A stretch of DNA of 64,000 bases from a virus. The notes under the pieces were generated by a model, which saw only the letters and a program-made list of their open reading frames with translations, was not told the DNA's origin and made no database searches. Each line of letters opens with the position of its first letter. Position 1 is the first letter of the stretch. Positions 8,653-18,130 of the stretch are shown here, piece after piece. The position numbers and the translations under genes are program-made. The stretch lies in IMG/VR virus record IMGVR_UViG_3300012920_000022, positions 32,001 to 96,000 of that record; one strand, written 5' to 3'.

Positions 8653-10119
8653 ATGGATATAAAAGATTTGATTAATAATATACCAAACTATGATTCTGCT
8701 AATCTATTAAAGATCATAGAAGATGCTAAAAATTTATCATATGATGATTGTGTGGATAGACCCAGTATTAACAAAATTACTGATGATTGTGTGGATACTG
8801 GAAGTTTATCTGAGTTTAAATTACCAACCATTGATTTAGGCAACATCATACAAAATGAGTTATCACAATGTCAATCACAATGCTTTAGCAATATCAAATC
8901 ACAGATAGATTCATTTGATACAAATATTGGTGATAACATTATGAAATTTTATGAACTTAATAGAATTTTCTATTTGTTTGTGATTCAATCATTTATAGAT
9001 TTATCATTAATAGTGTTAAATGGTGGATCTGGTGATGAAATTAAAAATACGTTTGCTAAGCTATTTCAATATATAGATGGTGGTGATAGATATATTGAAA
9101 TATTAAATAGTGTTATTAATACAAATGATGATCAACCTACCAATAGTTTTGATATTTCTAATATTATTTCTAATATATATGAATTGTTACCAGCAAACTA
9201 TGAATTAAATGATGATTTATCTATATTAGAGGGTAATGAGCAATTTGATGGCTCAATTAGTAATCCTTTGTATCATCAATTTATAGATTTTATGGGCGAT
9301 ATTGATATTAGCAAATTCAATGACATAAAGGATTTTTATAAATCTAAGATAAATGGTTTTGATCTGTTTCTTGGTAAGGTTTTTTCGTTGGGAACTACAA
9401 TATCCAACTATATAATTAATGAGAATTTTTCTATATCACCCATTGGTAAAGATTTTTCAGAATTCATTAATAAATTCACTAATCTATATGGTGAATTTAT
9501 TAATGTGTTTTCACTCACAATGCTTGATGAGACTACATTTGAATGTTGTGGTAACAATGAAATATCAATATCACAAGATCAATTATTGATAAACCAAACT
9601 GAAGATATTAATTTTAATTCCATACCTGATGATAGTATACCTGAAATTACTGAATTGGATTATTGGAAAAAATATTCTACTATCATAAATACTATAAATT
9701 TATTTCCACAATATTGGTCTAAGGGTTTCCCGACTCCCACTGGATTTGTGAATTTTCCCACGATATGGATACCATTATTAGCAATACCATTATTTGGTAA
9801 ATTATTTGTTGTGTTTATTACTATTAATGGAATTTTGATTAGTCCAGTTGTGTGGGAACTGTCCATGGATGGATCTCAGGATGTAAGCAGGTTTACATTG
9901 ATACTTAAAAATAGTGGTGAAATAATAAGTAATGTAACTAAAACCATATCCGATATTAATGTAATTGATGGTATAGACATTGATCCTATTCAATCGCTTT
10001 CTGTTGGATACATCAAGGATGATTTGCCCACATATAATAGGATCAGTTTAAATAATGCCAATTTAATTAAGTATATCAATGAATGGCTATTAGTTAGCTC
10101 TAAAAGTTTGGGCATTTAA
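8653..10119 (+). CDS. putative baseplate-associated structural protein
   Basis: 488 aa, coupled to the gp5-like gene; acidic, N/I-rich. Confidence 0.55.
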   Translation: MDIKDLINNIPNYDSANLLKIIEDAKNLSYDDCVDRPSINKITDDCVDTGSLSEFKLPTIDLGNIIQNELSQCQSQCFSNIKSQIDSFDTNIGDNIMKFYELNRIFYLFVIQSFIDLSLIVLNGGSGDEIKNTFAKLFQYIDGGDRYIEILNSVINTNDDQPTNSFDISNIISNIYELLPANYELNDDLSILEGNEQFDGSISNPLYHQFIDFMGDIDISKFNDIKDFYKSKINGFDLFLGKVFSLGTTISNYIINENFSISPIGKDFSEFINKFTNLYGEFINVFSLTMLDETTFECCGNNEISISQDQLLINQTEDINFNSIPDDSIPEITELDYWKKYSTIINTINLFPQYWSKGFPTPTGFVNFPTIWIPLLAIPLFGKLFVVFITINGILISPVVWELSMDGSQDVSRFTLILKNSGEIISNVTKTISDINVIDGIDIDPIQSLSVGYIKDDLPTYNRISLNNANLIKYINEWLLVSSKSLGI

Positions 10120-10122
10120 ATT

Positions 10123-10482
10123 ATGAATAAACAAATCAAAAAACTATTATCAACTGATGCTTATGATAAACATGAAATCAGTAAACTCATAGATGAAAAA
10201 TGTGATTTTACCACATTATTTCCTGGTGATAAATTGAGAATTCACTGGGATGTTAGTTTGAATGAAATTAAAATACATGATTTATGTTATGTTATTTCAT
10301 TACCCCACATGGAACCCACCCCGTTTAACTTTATATTACATTTCCCAATTCATGTTAATAGTGGTATGGATGAGAAGTCAATCAATCAATGGTTCCATAT
10401 TTATGAATTATTATCTGATCCCACGATTATTAAACTAACTAAGCTTGATGATGAAGATGATGAATATATGGGCGCATTATAG
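10123..10482 (+). CDS. hypothetical protein
   Basis: 119-aa ORF in operon. Confidence 0.65.
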   Translation: MNKQIKKLLSTDAYDKHEISKLIDEKCDFTTLFPGDKLRIHWDVSLNEIKIHDLCYVISLPHMEPTPFNFILHFPIHVNSGMDEKSINQWFHIYELLSDPTIIKLTKLDDEDDEYMGAL

Positions 10483-10704
10483 ATCGTCATGTTTTATTAT
10501 ATGCGTATCTTTGTTTTCATCTATTAATATTATGTCATTTTCAGATATACCATAATAATCAATTAATTCTACCATGCATCTTTTATTAGATTTTTTGGTG
10601 TTTTTATTGAAGACCATATTATATATATCAATTGCATTGTTATCCAATACTTTTAATTCATGAATACTCGATAAATTAAAAGGTATATATGTTAATTTAC
10701 TCAT
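10477..10704 (-). CDS. hypothetical protein
   Basis: 75-aa ORF filling the gap between plus-strand genes. Confidence 0.5.
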   Translation of the reverse strand: MSKLTYIPFNLSSIHELKVLDNNAIDIYNMVFNKNTKKSNKRCMVELIDYYGISENDIILIDENKDTHIIKHDDL

Positions 10705-10745
10705 ATATTATGTAACGTAATTGTAAACTTATTCATAAGTTATAT

Positions 10746-11426
10746 ATGAATAAGTTTATGATCATAAAAGATATTGAAGAAACTAGCAACTATATTTCTA
10801 GTGTGAAAAATCAATTTATAAACTATGCCAAATCCATAGGGTTTGATGTAATATTTTTTGATGGTGATGGTGTAGTGTATATAGATGGCGTTGCATTGAA
10901 ATGCACCATAGGGAAAACATACTTATTCATAGATAATTCTAACTGGTTCAATAATCCTATTAAGACCCAAATAAAATATAATACCCATCTTAATAATCGC
11001 AAATATAAATCTAAATTGGAATGGATTTATAAAACAACACTATTAAAGCAAAAGATATCTGTGGATTTTGATAATAGGTCAAGATATTTAAATATTTTAT
11101 CATCCGTAATTCAATCAATAGAACATTGGGGTGGGATATCTGGATATGAAATAATTGATGGAGGTGCATTAATATTCATATCAACTGGTGAATATTCTGT
11201 TGAATTACTATTGAAATATCCCAGTATGCTTTATGAAATATATATCACTGAGATTTTTGGAACCATCTTTAATAATCCTCTAAAATCTAGTAACGATTTT
11301 AAGTTAATATATGGTAGTATTAAAAAATTAGAGAAATCTATATTTTTAATATATTCAGCTATATGTTATAAAATTAAAGACCATGAGGACAATATATCTG
11401 AGCATACCCTATTACTTGAGGAATAA
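10746..11426 (+). CDS. hypothetical protein
   Basis: 226-aa ORF. Confidence 0.7.
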   Translation: MNKFMIIKDIEETSNYISSVKNQFINYAKSIGFDVIFFDGDGVVYIDGVALKCTIGKTYLFIDNSNWFNNPIKTQIKYNTHLNNRKYKSKLEWIYKTTLLKQKISVDFDNRSRYLNILSSVIQSIEHWGGISGYEIIDGGALIFISTGEYSVELLLKYPSMLYEIYITEIFGTIFNNPLKSSNDFKLIYGSIKKLEKSIFLIYSAICYKIKDHEDNISEHTLLLEE

Positions 11427-11718
11427 TATCAAGATCATAAACATACACGATAGACTATCGCTACATTTTAATATTATAAACCCATATCATATACCTTGGT
11501 TTAGCCACAAAACTCATATGGATATGATATTAAATTCAGATGCTATAGTATATCTGGGTGATAATGATTCTGTTACATTTGGTTGCTATAAAGAGATATT
11601 GATGTATTCTAAATTTGGCAAAACAAAAAAGATATTTGATAGTAAATTAAGGATATCAAAAATTTCACTTAAACCAAAATATAATAGATTAGATACTGCA
11701 ATATTAATTAACATATAA
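11383..11718 (+). CDS. nucleoside 2-deoxyribosyltransferase-like small protein
   Basis: IYLSIPY...INPY...D.ILNSDAIVYL...S..GCYKEI pattern resembling NDT/DUF1937/DUF4406 folds. Confidence 0.4.
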   Translation: MRTIYLSIPYYLRNNIKIINIHDRLSLHFNIINPYHIPWFSHKTHMDMILNSDAIVYLGDNDSVTFGCYKEILMYSKFGKTKKIFDSKLRISKISLKPKYNRLDTAILINI

Positions 11719-11730
11719 ATAATAACAAGG

Positions 11731-12429
11731 ATGACCATTAACAAGGATGATTTGGAAAGTGAGGTATTAGATTTAATAGTTTCCAATAACCCAGATAATA
11801 TTGATAAGGCTTTTCATATTTTACAAAATAATAAAGAATTAATAAACGAAGTTTTATTACCTTTATTACCCAATTACCCATACTATTGTGCGAAATATTG
11901 TATATGTAATGATTTAGTATATTCATTAACACTTCTCGATGATAGTTTTCCAGATTATTTGTTTAATTTACATAACCTTATTAGTATATCAATATATGAA
12001 AGAGGCACAATTAACACATCACTTGACTTTGTGAATAAGTTTCCTAAATTAGAATTTTTGGGTTTAAAGAATTTTGTATTTAGTAAATTTCCCAGATGCC
12101 TGTTTGATCATCCAAATCTTAAAGCCATAGATTTTTCTAATACCAATATATCTGAATTTAATTTTAGATTATCTAAAATTAATACCAATATTGTGTATAT
12201 TAATTTAGATAATACCAATTTAACAGAATTACCAAAATTTTTGTTTGATATTATCCATCTTAGTGAGTTGGATATACACAATAATCCTAATGTAAAATTA
12301 GATGGATTTGATAAATTACATGGATTGGTATCTCTGGGTGTTATTAATTGTGGAATAAATGATATACCTGCGTATATTAATTTACCACCTAGTTTTAAAA
12401 AGCTAAAATTAGGTAATAATTGTTATTAA
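11731..12429 (+). CDS. LRR protein (divergent family member 1)
   Basis: Cap DLIVSNNPDNIDKAF...YPYYCAKY followed by LxxLxLxxN repeats. Confidence 0.85.
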   Translation: MTINKDDLESEVLDLIVSNNPDNIDKAFHILQNNKELINEVLLPLLPNYPYYCAKYCICNDLVYSLTLLDDSFPDYLFNLHNLISISIYERGTINTSLDFVNKFPKLEFLGLKNFVFSKFPRCLFDHPNLKAIDFSNTNISEFNFRLSKINTNIVYINLDNTNLTELPKFLFDIIHLSELDIHNNPNVKLDGFDKLHGLVSLGVINCGINDIPAYINLPPSFKKLKLGNNCY

Positions 12430-12430
12430 C

Positions 12431-13237
12431 ATGAATAGATTTTCTGGTCATAAAAATAAACTATGTAGTTCTTATTCATTGAATAGATATTATAAACTAT
12501 ACCCCATATCTGATCCTGTAACTGATTTGGGGATACCAAAAGTTTCATTCTCATCATTAAAATACTGGCTAACTACGTTTGGTCTGGTTAATAGTGATTA
12601 TTCTCCCAATTTTTTATATGATAAATTGATGGAAAAAGATCCTGAATTTTTAAATTGTGATACTTATGCATTGATTCATCATAATATGATTGTTAATTCC
12701 AGATCAATATTATACTATGAGATGTTTTCTGAGTTTATACCAACTAAGATAGATCATTTTACCACCAATCATCTACTTAGGTTTATTATCAACAAATATG
12801 GTAACGATAGCAATTATAATACTATTGCTAATGATATTAATATGGCATTAAAATTATACATTGATAACTCATCCCCATTTGATGATAAATTTACCATGAG
12901 TCAACTTAGATTATTAATAATTGATTACATTGATGAAGATAAGATTAATTATTTCAAGATGAACCCATATGTTAATTTATCTTTGAATATTATGCTATAT
13001 GCTATTATATGTCTTTGGGGTGGTAAAAGTATCATATCATTAAAGGAATATTTTAAATCACCATATTCTCCACACATAATATATGGGTTAAATATAGACA
13101 AATCTATGTCTCTATTAACCGAATTATCTAATAAATATAATGGTATAATTATAATTAACCCCCATGATAGGACTATCACCATAAATACTAGTCTGACTTG
13201 TAAAGATATGTTAATTAAATATTTGTGGGATAATTAG
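12431..13237 (+). CDS. DUF4007 (SspB-like) domain protein, degenerate
   Basis: N-terminal FSGH, DLGIPK..SLKYWL..FGL and DPEF..DTYALIHH match the remembered DUF4007 pattern FSGHETF / LGVGKNMV.SIRYWL / DPYLE..TLWLLH. Confidence 0.65.
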   Translation: MNRFSGHKNKLCSSYSLNRYYKLYPISDPVTDLGIPKVSFSSLKYWLTTFGLVNSDYSPNFLYDKLMEKDPEFLNCDTYALIHHNMIVNSRSILYYEMFSEFIPTKIDHFTTNHLLRFIINKYGNDSNYNTIANDINMALKLYIDNSSPFDDKFTMSQLRLLIIDYIDEDKINYFKMNPYVNLSLNIMLYAIICLWGGKSIISLKEYFKSPYSPHIIYGLNIDKSMSLLTELSNKYNGIIIINPHDRTITINTSLTCKDMLIKYLWDN

Positions 13238-13983
13238 AATATAAAATCTCCATCTTGAGACATAAAAGGAGTATTACTGTTCTCTTCCATTTTCTTCTCC
13301 ACTTTGTCTATTTTTTTCTCCCCGCTATCTTTGATAACATTCCAATCTATTTCATATCCCCCAGGTAATTTTTGCTTGACTAATGCGTTTTGCTTATACA
13401 TGTCGATTTCACCAGTACCAATTACATATCGTTGGAAATCATAATTATCAAACAAAGACTCTTCATCTATATCTATATAACAAGTTGCCACTAAATCAAC
13501 TTGAAAATTTCTACCTTGTATTGTTAAATTTTTGGTATATGAATTATAATCAAATGCTACTGTTTTTATTATTGCAGAATCTAAAAAATCTTGGTATGAA
13601 TCTATTGCTATTGTATATACCAGATCTTCTGGTGATGTTCTGGTACCAATATATCTACCTGTATTACCTTTTCTGTAGTCCAAATCCTTGCTACTACTAA
13701 AGATTCCTCTACCACCAACTTCTGATAATCCGTATACATTCCTGGTGCACTTTGGCATTTTTATGTTTCTTCTGTTATTATTCTTGAAATCTTTGGTATT
13801 CATTGCTTTTGTGGGTATGATCATATATACAGATTCATTGGCTACTTCTGTCCAATTATCCCTAAACATTTCAAGAGTATCATCTATTATGTTATCTATG
13901 GCTTTACTGGTTAGATTTACTGGTATACCACATCCCTGGCTTATCCTTGATTTTATGAAACTTACGAAACTCAATCTATCCAT
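13234..13983 (-). CDS. neck/head-completion protein (T4 gp13-like)
   Basis: IPVNLTSKAIDNIIDDTLEMF, FDYNSYTKNLTI, YVIG, LPGGYEIDW...GEKKI pattern; late box upstream. Confidence 0.65.
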   Translation of the reverse strand: MDRLSFVSFIKSRISQGCGIPVNLTSKAIDNIIDDTLEMFRDNWTEVANESVYMIIPTKAMNTKDFKNNNRRNIKMPKCTRNVYGLSEVGGRGIFSSSKDLDYRKGNTGRYIGTRTSPEDLVYTIAIDSYQDFLDSAIIKTVAFDYNSYTKNLTIQGRNFQVDLVATCYIDIDEESLFDNYDFQRYVIGTGEIDMYKQNALVKQKLPGGYEIDWNVIKDSGEKKIDKVEKKMEENSNTPFMSQDGDFIF

Positions 13984-13986
13984 TAT

Positions 13987-14042
13987 TAACTCTCCTTTTT
14001 TGTTATTTATTTTGTGGGATAAATAACAAAAAAGGAGAGTTA
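13987..14042. repeat. 24-bp perfect inverted repeat forming mirror leaders of divergent genes
   Basis: taactctccttttttgttatttat-tttgtggg-ataaataacaaaaaaggagagtta. Confidence 0.9.
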
Positions 14043-14043
14043 C

Positions 14044-15054
14044 GTGAATAATAAAACTCTATTAACACTACTGGATAATTTTCCAGATTGTGTAATATAT
14101 GTGTATGATTACGACTATATTGTTCAATATATTGGGGGTTCTGATTCAAATAATACAAATGATTATGGTAAACATTTAAACGATGTATTGGGTGATGATC
14201 TATATAGATATTTGGAATATTATATCTCTAAATCTATTAGAGATAACACTACTATAAAAATTAATCATAGTTTAGATGGTAGCACATATCTTAAGACAAT
14301 ATTTAATATAGGTGATGGTCTATTTGCCATGACTAGTATCAATACCTCTGATACTAGTTTTTATCAAAATATGTTGAGAGATAGCAATCACAATTTAAAA
14401 ATTAAAGATAGGCAGTTATATGAGTTATCAATAACTATATCACATCATGTTAGGAATAAAATAACAAATATGATATCTATTTTTGATTTATATGAAAGAG
14501 GATTATATCACGGTGGCAGACTTATAGATGATACATTTAATACCATAATGGAGCTACGTGCGGTTATATTACATTTATCAAAAGTATTGAGAATGAAAGT
14601 AACAGAAGAAGTATCTAGTGATATAAGCTTATTAAGTGTTTTAAATGAATCTAAAAGAAATTTGGTATCAGAATTGATATCATTTGGGGTTAATATATCC
14701 AATAATTTCACATATATGAGTTCGGTTAGTTTTAACAGGTTCTCATTAAGTGTTACATTTACTACTATTATAAAATTTTTGATAGAAAATACCGCATTGG
14801 TAGAAGATAAAGTTATAGACATAACTAGTTCTCGCGATAATGATGGTACCACCATAAATTTCAGGGCTAACTCTATATTATCAATTAATATAGAAAGTAT
14901 ATTTGATTATCAAACCTTCAATACAGATTCTCATGGTAATTTATTTACTATGAGAAATCAATTATCTGCTATGGATAGTGATATAAATATAGCTGTTGGA
15001 GATAATTATACAGATATTACATTAAAAATATGGGAGAATATGATATTAAATTAG
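14044..15054 (+). CDS. PAS-domain sensor histidine kinase-like protein (degenerate HATPase)
   Basis: LLDNFPDCVIYVYDYDY PAS start; coiled coil into H-box-like ISHHVRNKITNMI; eroded N box (FLIENT) and no clear G boxes. Confidence 0.7.
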   Translation: MNNKTLLTLLDNFPDCVIYVYDYDYIVQYIGGSDSNNTNDYGKHLNDVLGDDLYRYLEYYISKSIRDNTTIKINHSLDGSTYLKTIFNIGDGLFAMTSINTSDTSFYQNMLRDSNHNLKIKDRQLYELSITISHHVRNKITNMISIFDLYERGLYHGGRLIDDTFNTIMELRAVILHLSKVLRMKVTEEVSSDISLLSVLNESKRNLVSELISFGVNISNNFTYMSSVSFNRFSLSVTFTTIIKFLIENTALVEDKVIDITSSRDNDGTTINFRANSILSINIESIFDYQTFNTDSHGNLFTMRNQLSAMDSDINIAVGDNYTDITLKIWENMILN

Positions 15055-15443
15055 TTGTTGTGGACGCTGACAGTATGTCTACATATCTATTAGGGAAATA
15101 TGTAAATCATGTTGGAGACGAATTATCAATTAAAGTTGAATTCATCCCATTCCATAATATAGATGATGCATTCAACTATCTTACTAAATATGTTCCCAAC
15201 ATATTATTTATAGATCCCACAGACCCATCTAATTTCACATCATCAAACAAAACTGGGTGGGATATGTTAGATAAGTTACCGGATGGTATAATACCACCAT
15301 GTAAGGCATATATATTTACTTCTTATGAATATGGTCATGATTATGTTAGAGCTGAAACTCATGATAAGATTACTGGGTGTGTATTAAAACCATTGGATGT
15401 TGATGTGTTGACAAAGATCATAAAAGACTGTCAATCTGTTTAG
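15030..15443 (+). CDS. single-domain response regulator (CheY-like receiver)
   Basis: VVVDAD, ILFID phospho-Asp, GWDML, FTS, KPL. Confidence 0.85.
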   Translation: MGEYDIKLVVVDADSMSTYLLGKYVNHVGDELSIKVEFIPFHNIDDAFNYLTKYVPNILFIDPTDPSNFTSSNKTGWDMLDKLPDGIIPPCKAYIFTSYEYGHDYVRAETHDKITGCVLKPLDVDVLTKIIKDCQSV

Positions 15444-15447
15444 AATC

Positions 15448-15505
15448 ATATGACAATATGTCATATTGGATGAATTGGCACGATTTTTGTAATATTTTAT
15501 GTAAA
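15448..15505 (+). promoter_or_regulatory. composite promoter copy 1: TGACA-N3-TGTCA plus sigma54-like -24/-12 box
   Basis: ATATGACA-ATA-TGTCATAT then TGGCACGATTTTTGTAATATTTTATGTAAA (GG-N10-GT). Confidence 0.8.
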
Positions 15506-15516
15506 AGATTCTTATT

Positions 15517-15768
15517 ATGATCAAAATCACTTATTTGTCATACACATATGCCACCATAATGAAAAATGGTGATGATACTGTTATCACTGTTGACCGTAAA
15601 TTGATATCGGCAAATGATTGGCATATCATTAGATTTGCTTTGGGTGCATTATCGGATACCAGAAAGGTGTTGGATAATCTCATGATTGAGTATACAATAA
15701 AGTCATATAATAGTGACATAGAATATATTGGAAAAGTTGTTAAAAAATTATTTTATTGGGTCAAATGA
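15517..15768 (+). CDS. hypothetical protein
   Basis: First ORF after promoter copy 1. Confidence 0.65.
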   Translation: MIKITYLSYTYATIMKNGDDTVITVDRKLISANDWHIIRFALGALSDTRKVLDNLMIEYTIKSYNSDIEYIGKVVKKLFYWVK

Positions 15769-15983
15769 TAGATACTAACACTCCCATTCTACATGAGTTT
15801 GATAATAAATTTATTATCAAACTAAGTCTTGATAATTCATATCAAATAGCATTAGCCAATTCTATGTTTGATGGAATTTATGTTAATAAAGAATCCATTG
15901 AAGAACTTAATATATTTACTTATGAATTTAATAAAGCTGATATAGATATTTATCAATTGAGTAATCTAATTAAATATCTATAA
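15756..15983 (+). CDS. hypothetical protein
   Basis: Small ORF in operon; true start probably ATG 15765. Confidence 0.6.
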   Translation: MGQMIDTNTPILHEFDNKFIIKLSLDNSYQIALANSMFDGIYVNKESIEELNIFTYEFNKADIDIYQLSNLIKYL

Positions 15984-16027
15984 CTGAGAATTTTCACATA
16001 TTTTATAACTTAAAAACAAAGATACAT

Positions 16028-17020
16028 ATGCATAATCTAGATTTCAATTCCGAAAGAAACACCTATTCTTATATGGGTACACAAAAAGCTTGGCATGGTC
16101 TTGGACAAATAGTAACCGAAGCTAAGACTGCTCAAGAAGCACTGGTACTTTCCAACATGGATTTTGATGTAATAAAAGTCCCTGTTCCAGCTGGTGAAGT
16201 TGAAATAAATGGTGAGAAATTTATGGTTAAAGATCCCACTAAGAATTATGTTATTAGAACTGACACTGCCGAAGTTTTAGGTACTGTTGGTAGTACCTAT
16301 ACAGTACTCCAGAATCGGGATGCATTTAGTTTTTTTGATAATATTGTTGATAAAGATGAAGCAATATACGAAACTGCTGGTGTTATTAGAGGTGGGAGAC
16401 GTATCTGGATTGCTGCTAAGATGCCAAGCTACATAAAAGTTGGTAATGAAGATATTGAGCAATATGTAGTAATTACTAATGGTCATGATGGTAAATCTGG
16501 TTGTACTGCATTCTTAACCCAAGTAAGAATAGTCTGTGAAAATACTTTGAGATATGGTATTAGCAGTGCTATGAATAAAGTTAGTATACCCCACAGAAGT
16601 AAAATTGCTGAAAAAATTAAAATGGCTCATCAAGTTCTTGGCATGTCCAATAAGTACAATGAAGAGATATCCGATATTTGGAATGCCATGGCTAAAAAGC
16701 AGGTCACTGAGAAGATTACCATGGATTATTTGTTAAAATTATACCCCACTCATGAAGATTCTTCTATAGTTACGGTTACCGATAAATTTAGAGAAGATAT
16801 AATGGAATATATCAATTCGGATGCAACTGTTCAAACTAAAGAAACTAAACATACTGTGTGGGGACTTGTTCAGTCTATCAATGGTTGGTATCAACACAAG
16901 AAAAAATACAGACCTACCAGTAATTTCACCGTAGAGGATGTTAAACTTAACAGCATCTGGGATGGATCAACTCAGAAGAAAAATCAACAAGCATTTGATT
17001 TAGCATTAACATTAATATAG
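16028..17020 (+). CDS. DUF932 / phage-plasmid LGT_TIGR03299 family protein
   Basis: AWHGLG, YTVLQNRDAFSFFD, YETAGVIRGGRRIW, NGHDG, VRIVCENTL. Confidence 0.9.
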   Translation: MHNLDFNSERNTYSYMGTQKAWHGLGQIVTEAKTAQEALVLSNMDFDVIKVPVPAGEVEINGEKFMVKDPTKNYVIRTDTAEVLGTVGSTYTVLQNRDAFSFFDNIVDKDEAIYETAGVIRGGRRIWIAAKMPSYIKVGNEDIEQYVVITNGHDGKSGCTAFLTQVRIVCENTLRYGISSAMNKVSIPHRSKIAEKIKMAHQVLGMSNKYNEEISDIWNAMAKKQVTEKITMDYLLKLYPTHEDSSIVTVTDKFREDIMEYINSDATVQTKETKHTVWGLVQSINGWYQHKKKYRPTSNFTVEDVKLNSIWDGSTQKKNQQAFDLALTLI

Positions 17021-17028
17021 GATAATAC

Positions 17029-17544
17029 ATGGAAAAATATTTAATATCGTTTGATGTCTACGGGGAAGTAGACATCAAACGCCATACTAGAATTATATTT
17101 AGTAAAAGCTATAAACACGCATTGTTGCTTACTGAATATAAGGTTAAATCATTTTGTCTAGATGCCAATATTAGTATGGATCAGGTGGATGTTCATGAAC
17201 CTGAATTATATGAAAAATTTATTGAACATCAAGATCACAATACTGATTCTATGGATTTCATAGAATATGGTGATGTTGATAGGTCTGTATTTACTCACAT
17301 AGGTTCTATGAACCACATTGTTCAACTCAAGTATGATAATAAAACCAATAATGCATGTGTTGATCAATATCAGCCAAGAAGAAATACTGTTTGGTCTGGT
17401 GATATTGATATACCCAGAGATGAAATGTGTGAATTGTTGAAGGAAAATATAGAACGTATGAAGTTATATATAAATCTTCAATATGAGTTTATACTTGGTT
17501 ACATTGATGATATATATTATTGGGAATATGAAAACAGGGACTAA
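17029..17544 (+). CDS. hypothetical protein
   Basis: 171-aa ORF in operon. Confidence 0.7.
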   Translation: MEKYLISFDVYGEVDIKRHTRIIFSKSYKHALLLTEYKVKSFCLDANISMDQVDVHEPELYEKFIEHQDHNTDSMDFIEYGDVDRSVFTHIGSMNHIVQLKYDNKTNNACVDQYQPRRNTVWSGDIDIPRDEMCELLKENIERMKLYINLQYEFILGYIDDIYYWEYENRD

Positions 17545-17905
17545 TATTGCTTATGTTACCGAATTATTGTGTGAATTGGGTAACGGCAACGGATATCACT
17601 ATCTGAATAGTATATTTGATGATTTTGATGGGGATACATATATTAATGTTAGAATCACTAGATGTGGTGAATACTATTATGTTTATGGTGATAGACCATT
17701 AACAGACATAGAAATATTTGATATTAGTCATGCTAGTAGATTAAAGACACCAGATGCATTTAAATTATTTGCTAGCCTGCTACATGAATTTAAGCAATAT
17801 TCTATAGATCAATTAGCCAAAGGAATTAATAAACTGGATGATTATGCAAATCTTTTATTGTCAGCTATTAACTCACTAGACAATTTTTATGATTTAAAGA
17901 TTTAA
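17528..17905 (+). CDS. hypothetical protein
   Basis: ORF 17483..17905; likely start MKTGTN at 17528. Confidence 0.65.
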   Translation: MKTGTNIAYVTELLCELGNGNGYHYLNSIFDDFDGDTYINVRITRCGEYYYVYGDRPLTDIEIFDISHASRLKTPDAFKLFASLLHEFKQYSIDQLAKGINKLDDYANLLLSAINSLDNFYDLKI

Positions 17906-17909
17906 TGCA

Positions 17910-18065
17910 ATGAAGTCAGATGATAATTACCACATTAAACTGGATGAAGATGAATTTAAATTTTTATTGGATATACACACTATGGTGTCGCCATTTTTAT
18001 CTGATGAAAATATATCCACATACTTATCCATAGGATTTAAAATTAAAACAAATAGAACAGAATAA
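17910..18065 (+). CDS. small hypothetical protein (51 aa)
   Basis: Hand translation MKSDDNYHIKLDEDEFKFLLDIH...RTE; ends immediately before a terminator. Confidence 0.55.
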   Translation: MKSDDNYHIKLDEDEFKFLLDIHTMVSPFLSDENISTYLSIGFKIKTNRTE

Positions 18066-18067
18066 TA

Positions 18068-18103
18068 CAGAGGACGTGTAGTTACACGTCCTCTGCTGTT
18101 TTT
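18068..18103 (+). terminator. Rho-independent terminator
   Basis: cagaggacgtgta-gt-tacacgtcctctg followed by ctgttttt. Confidence 0.8.
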
Positions 18104-18130
18104 GATATATAATAGAAAACGCAAAATCAT

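Noticed and set aside
16003-16018. Recurring TAACTTAAAA leader motif (also near 1689, 18922, 54575, 61196)
   Set aside because: Short and AT-only in an AT-rich genome; significance cannot be established by eye
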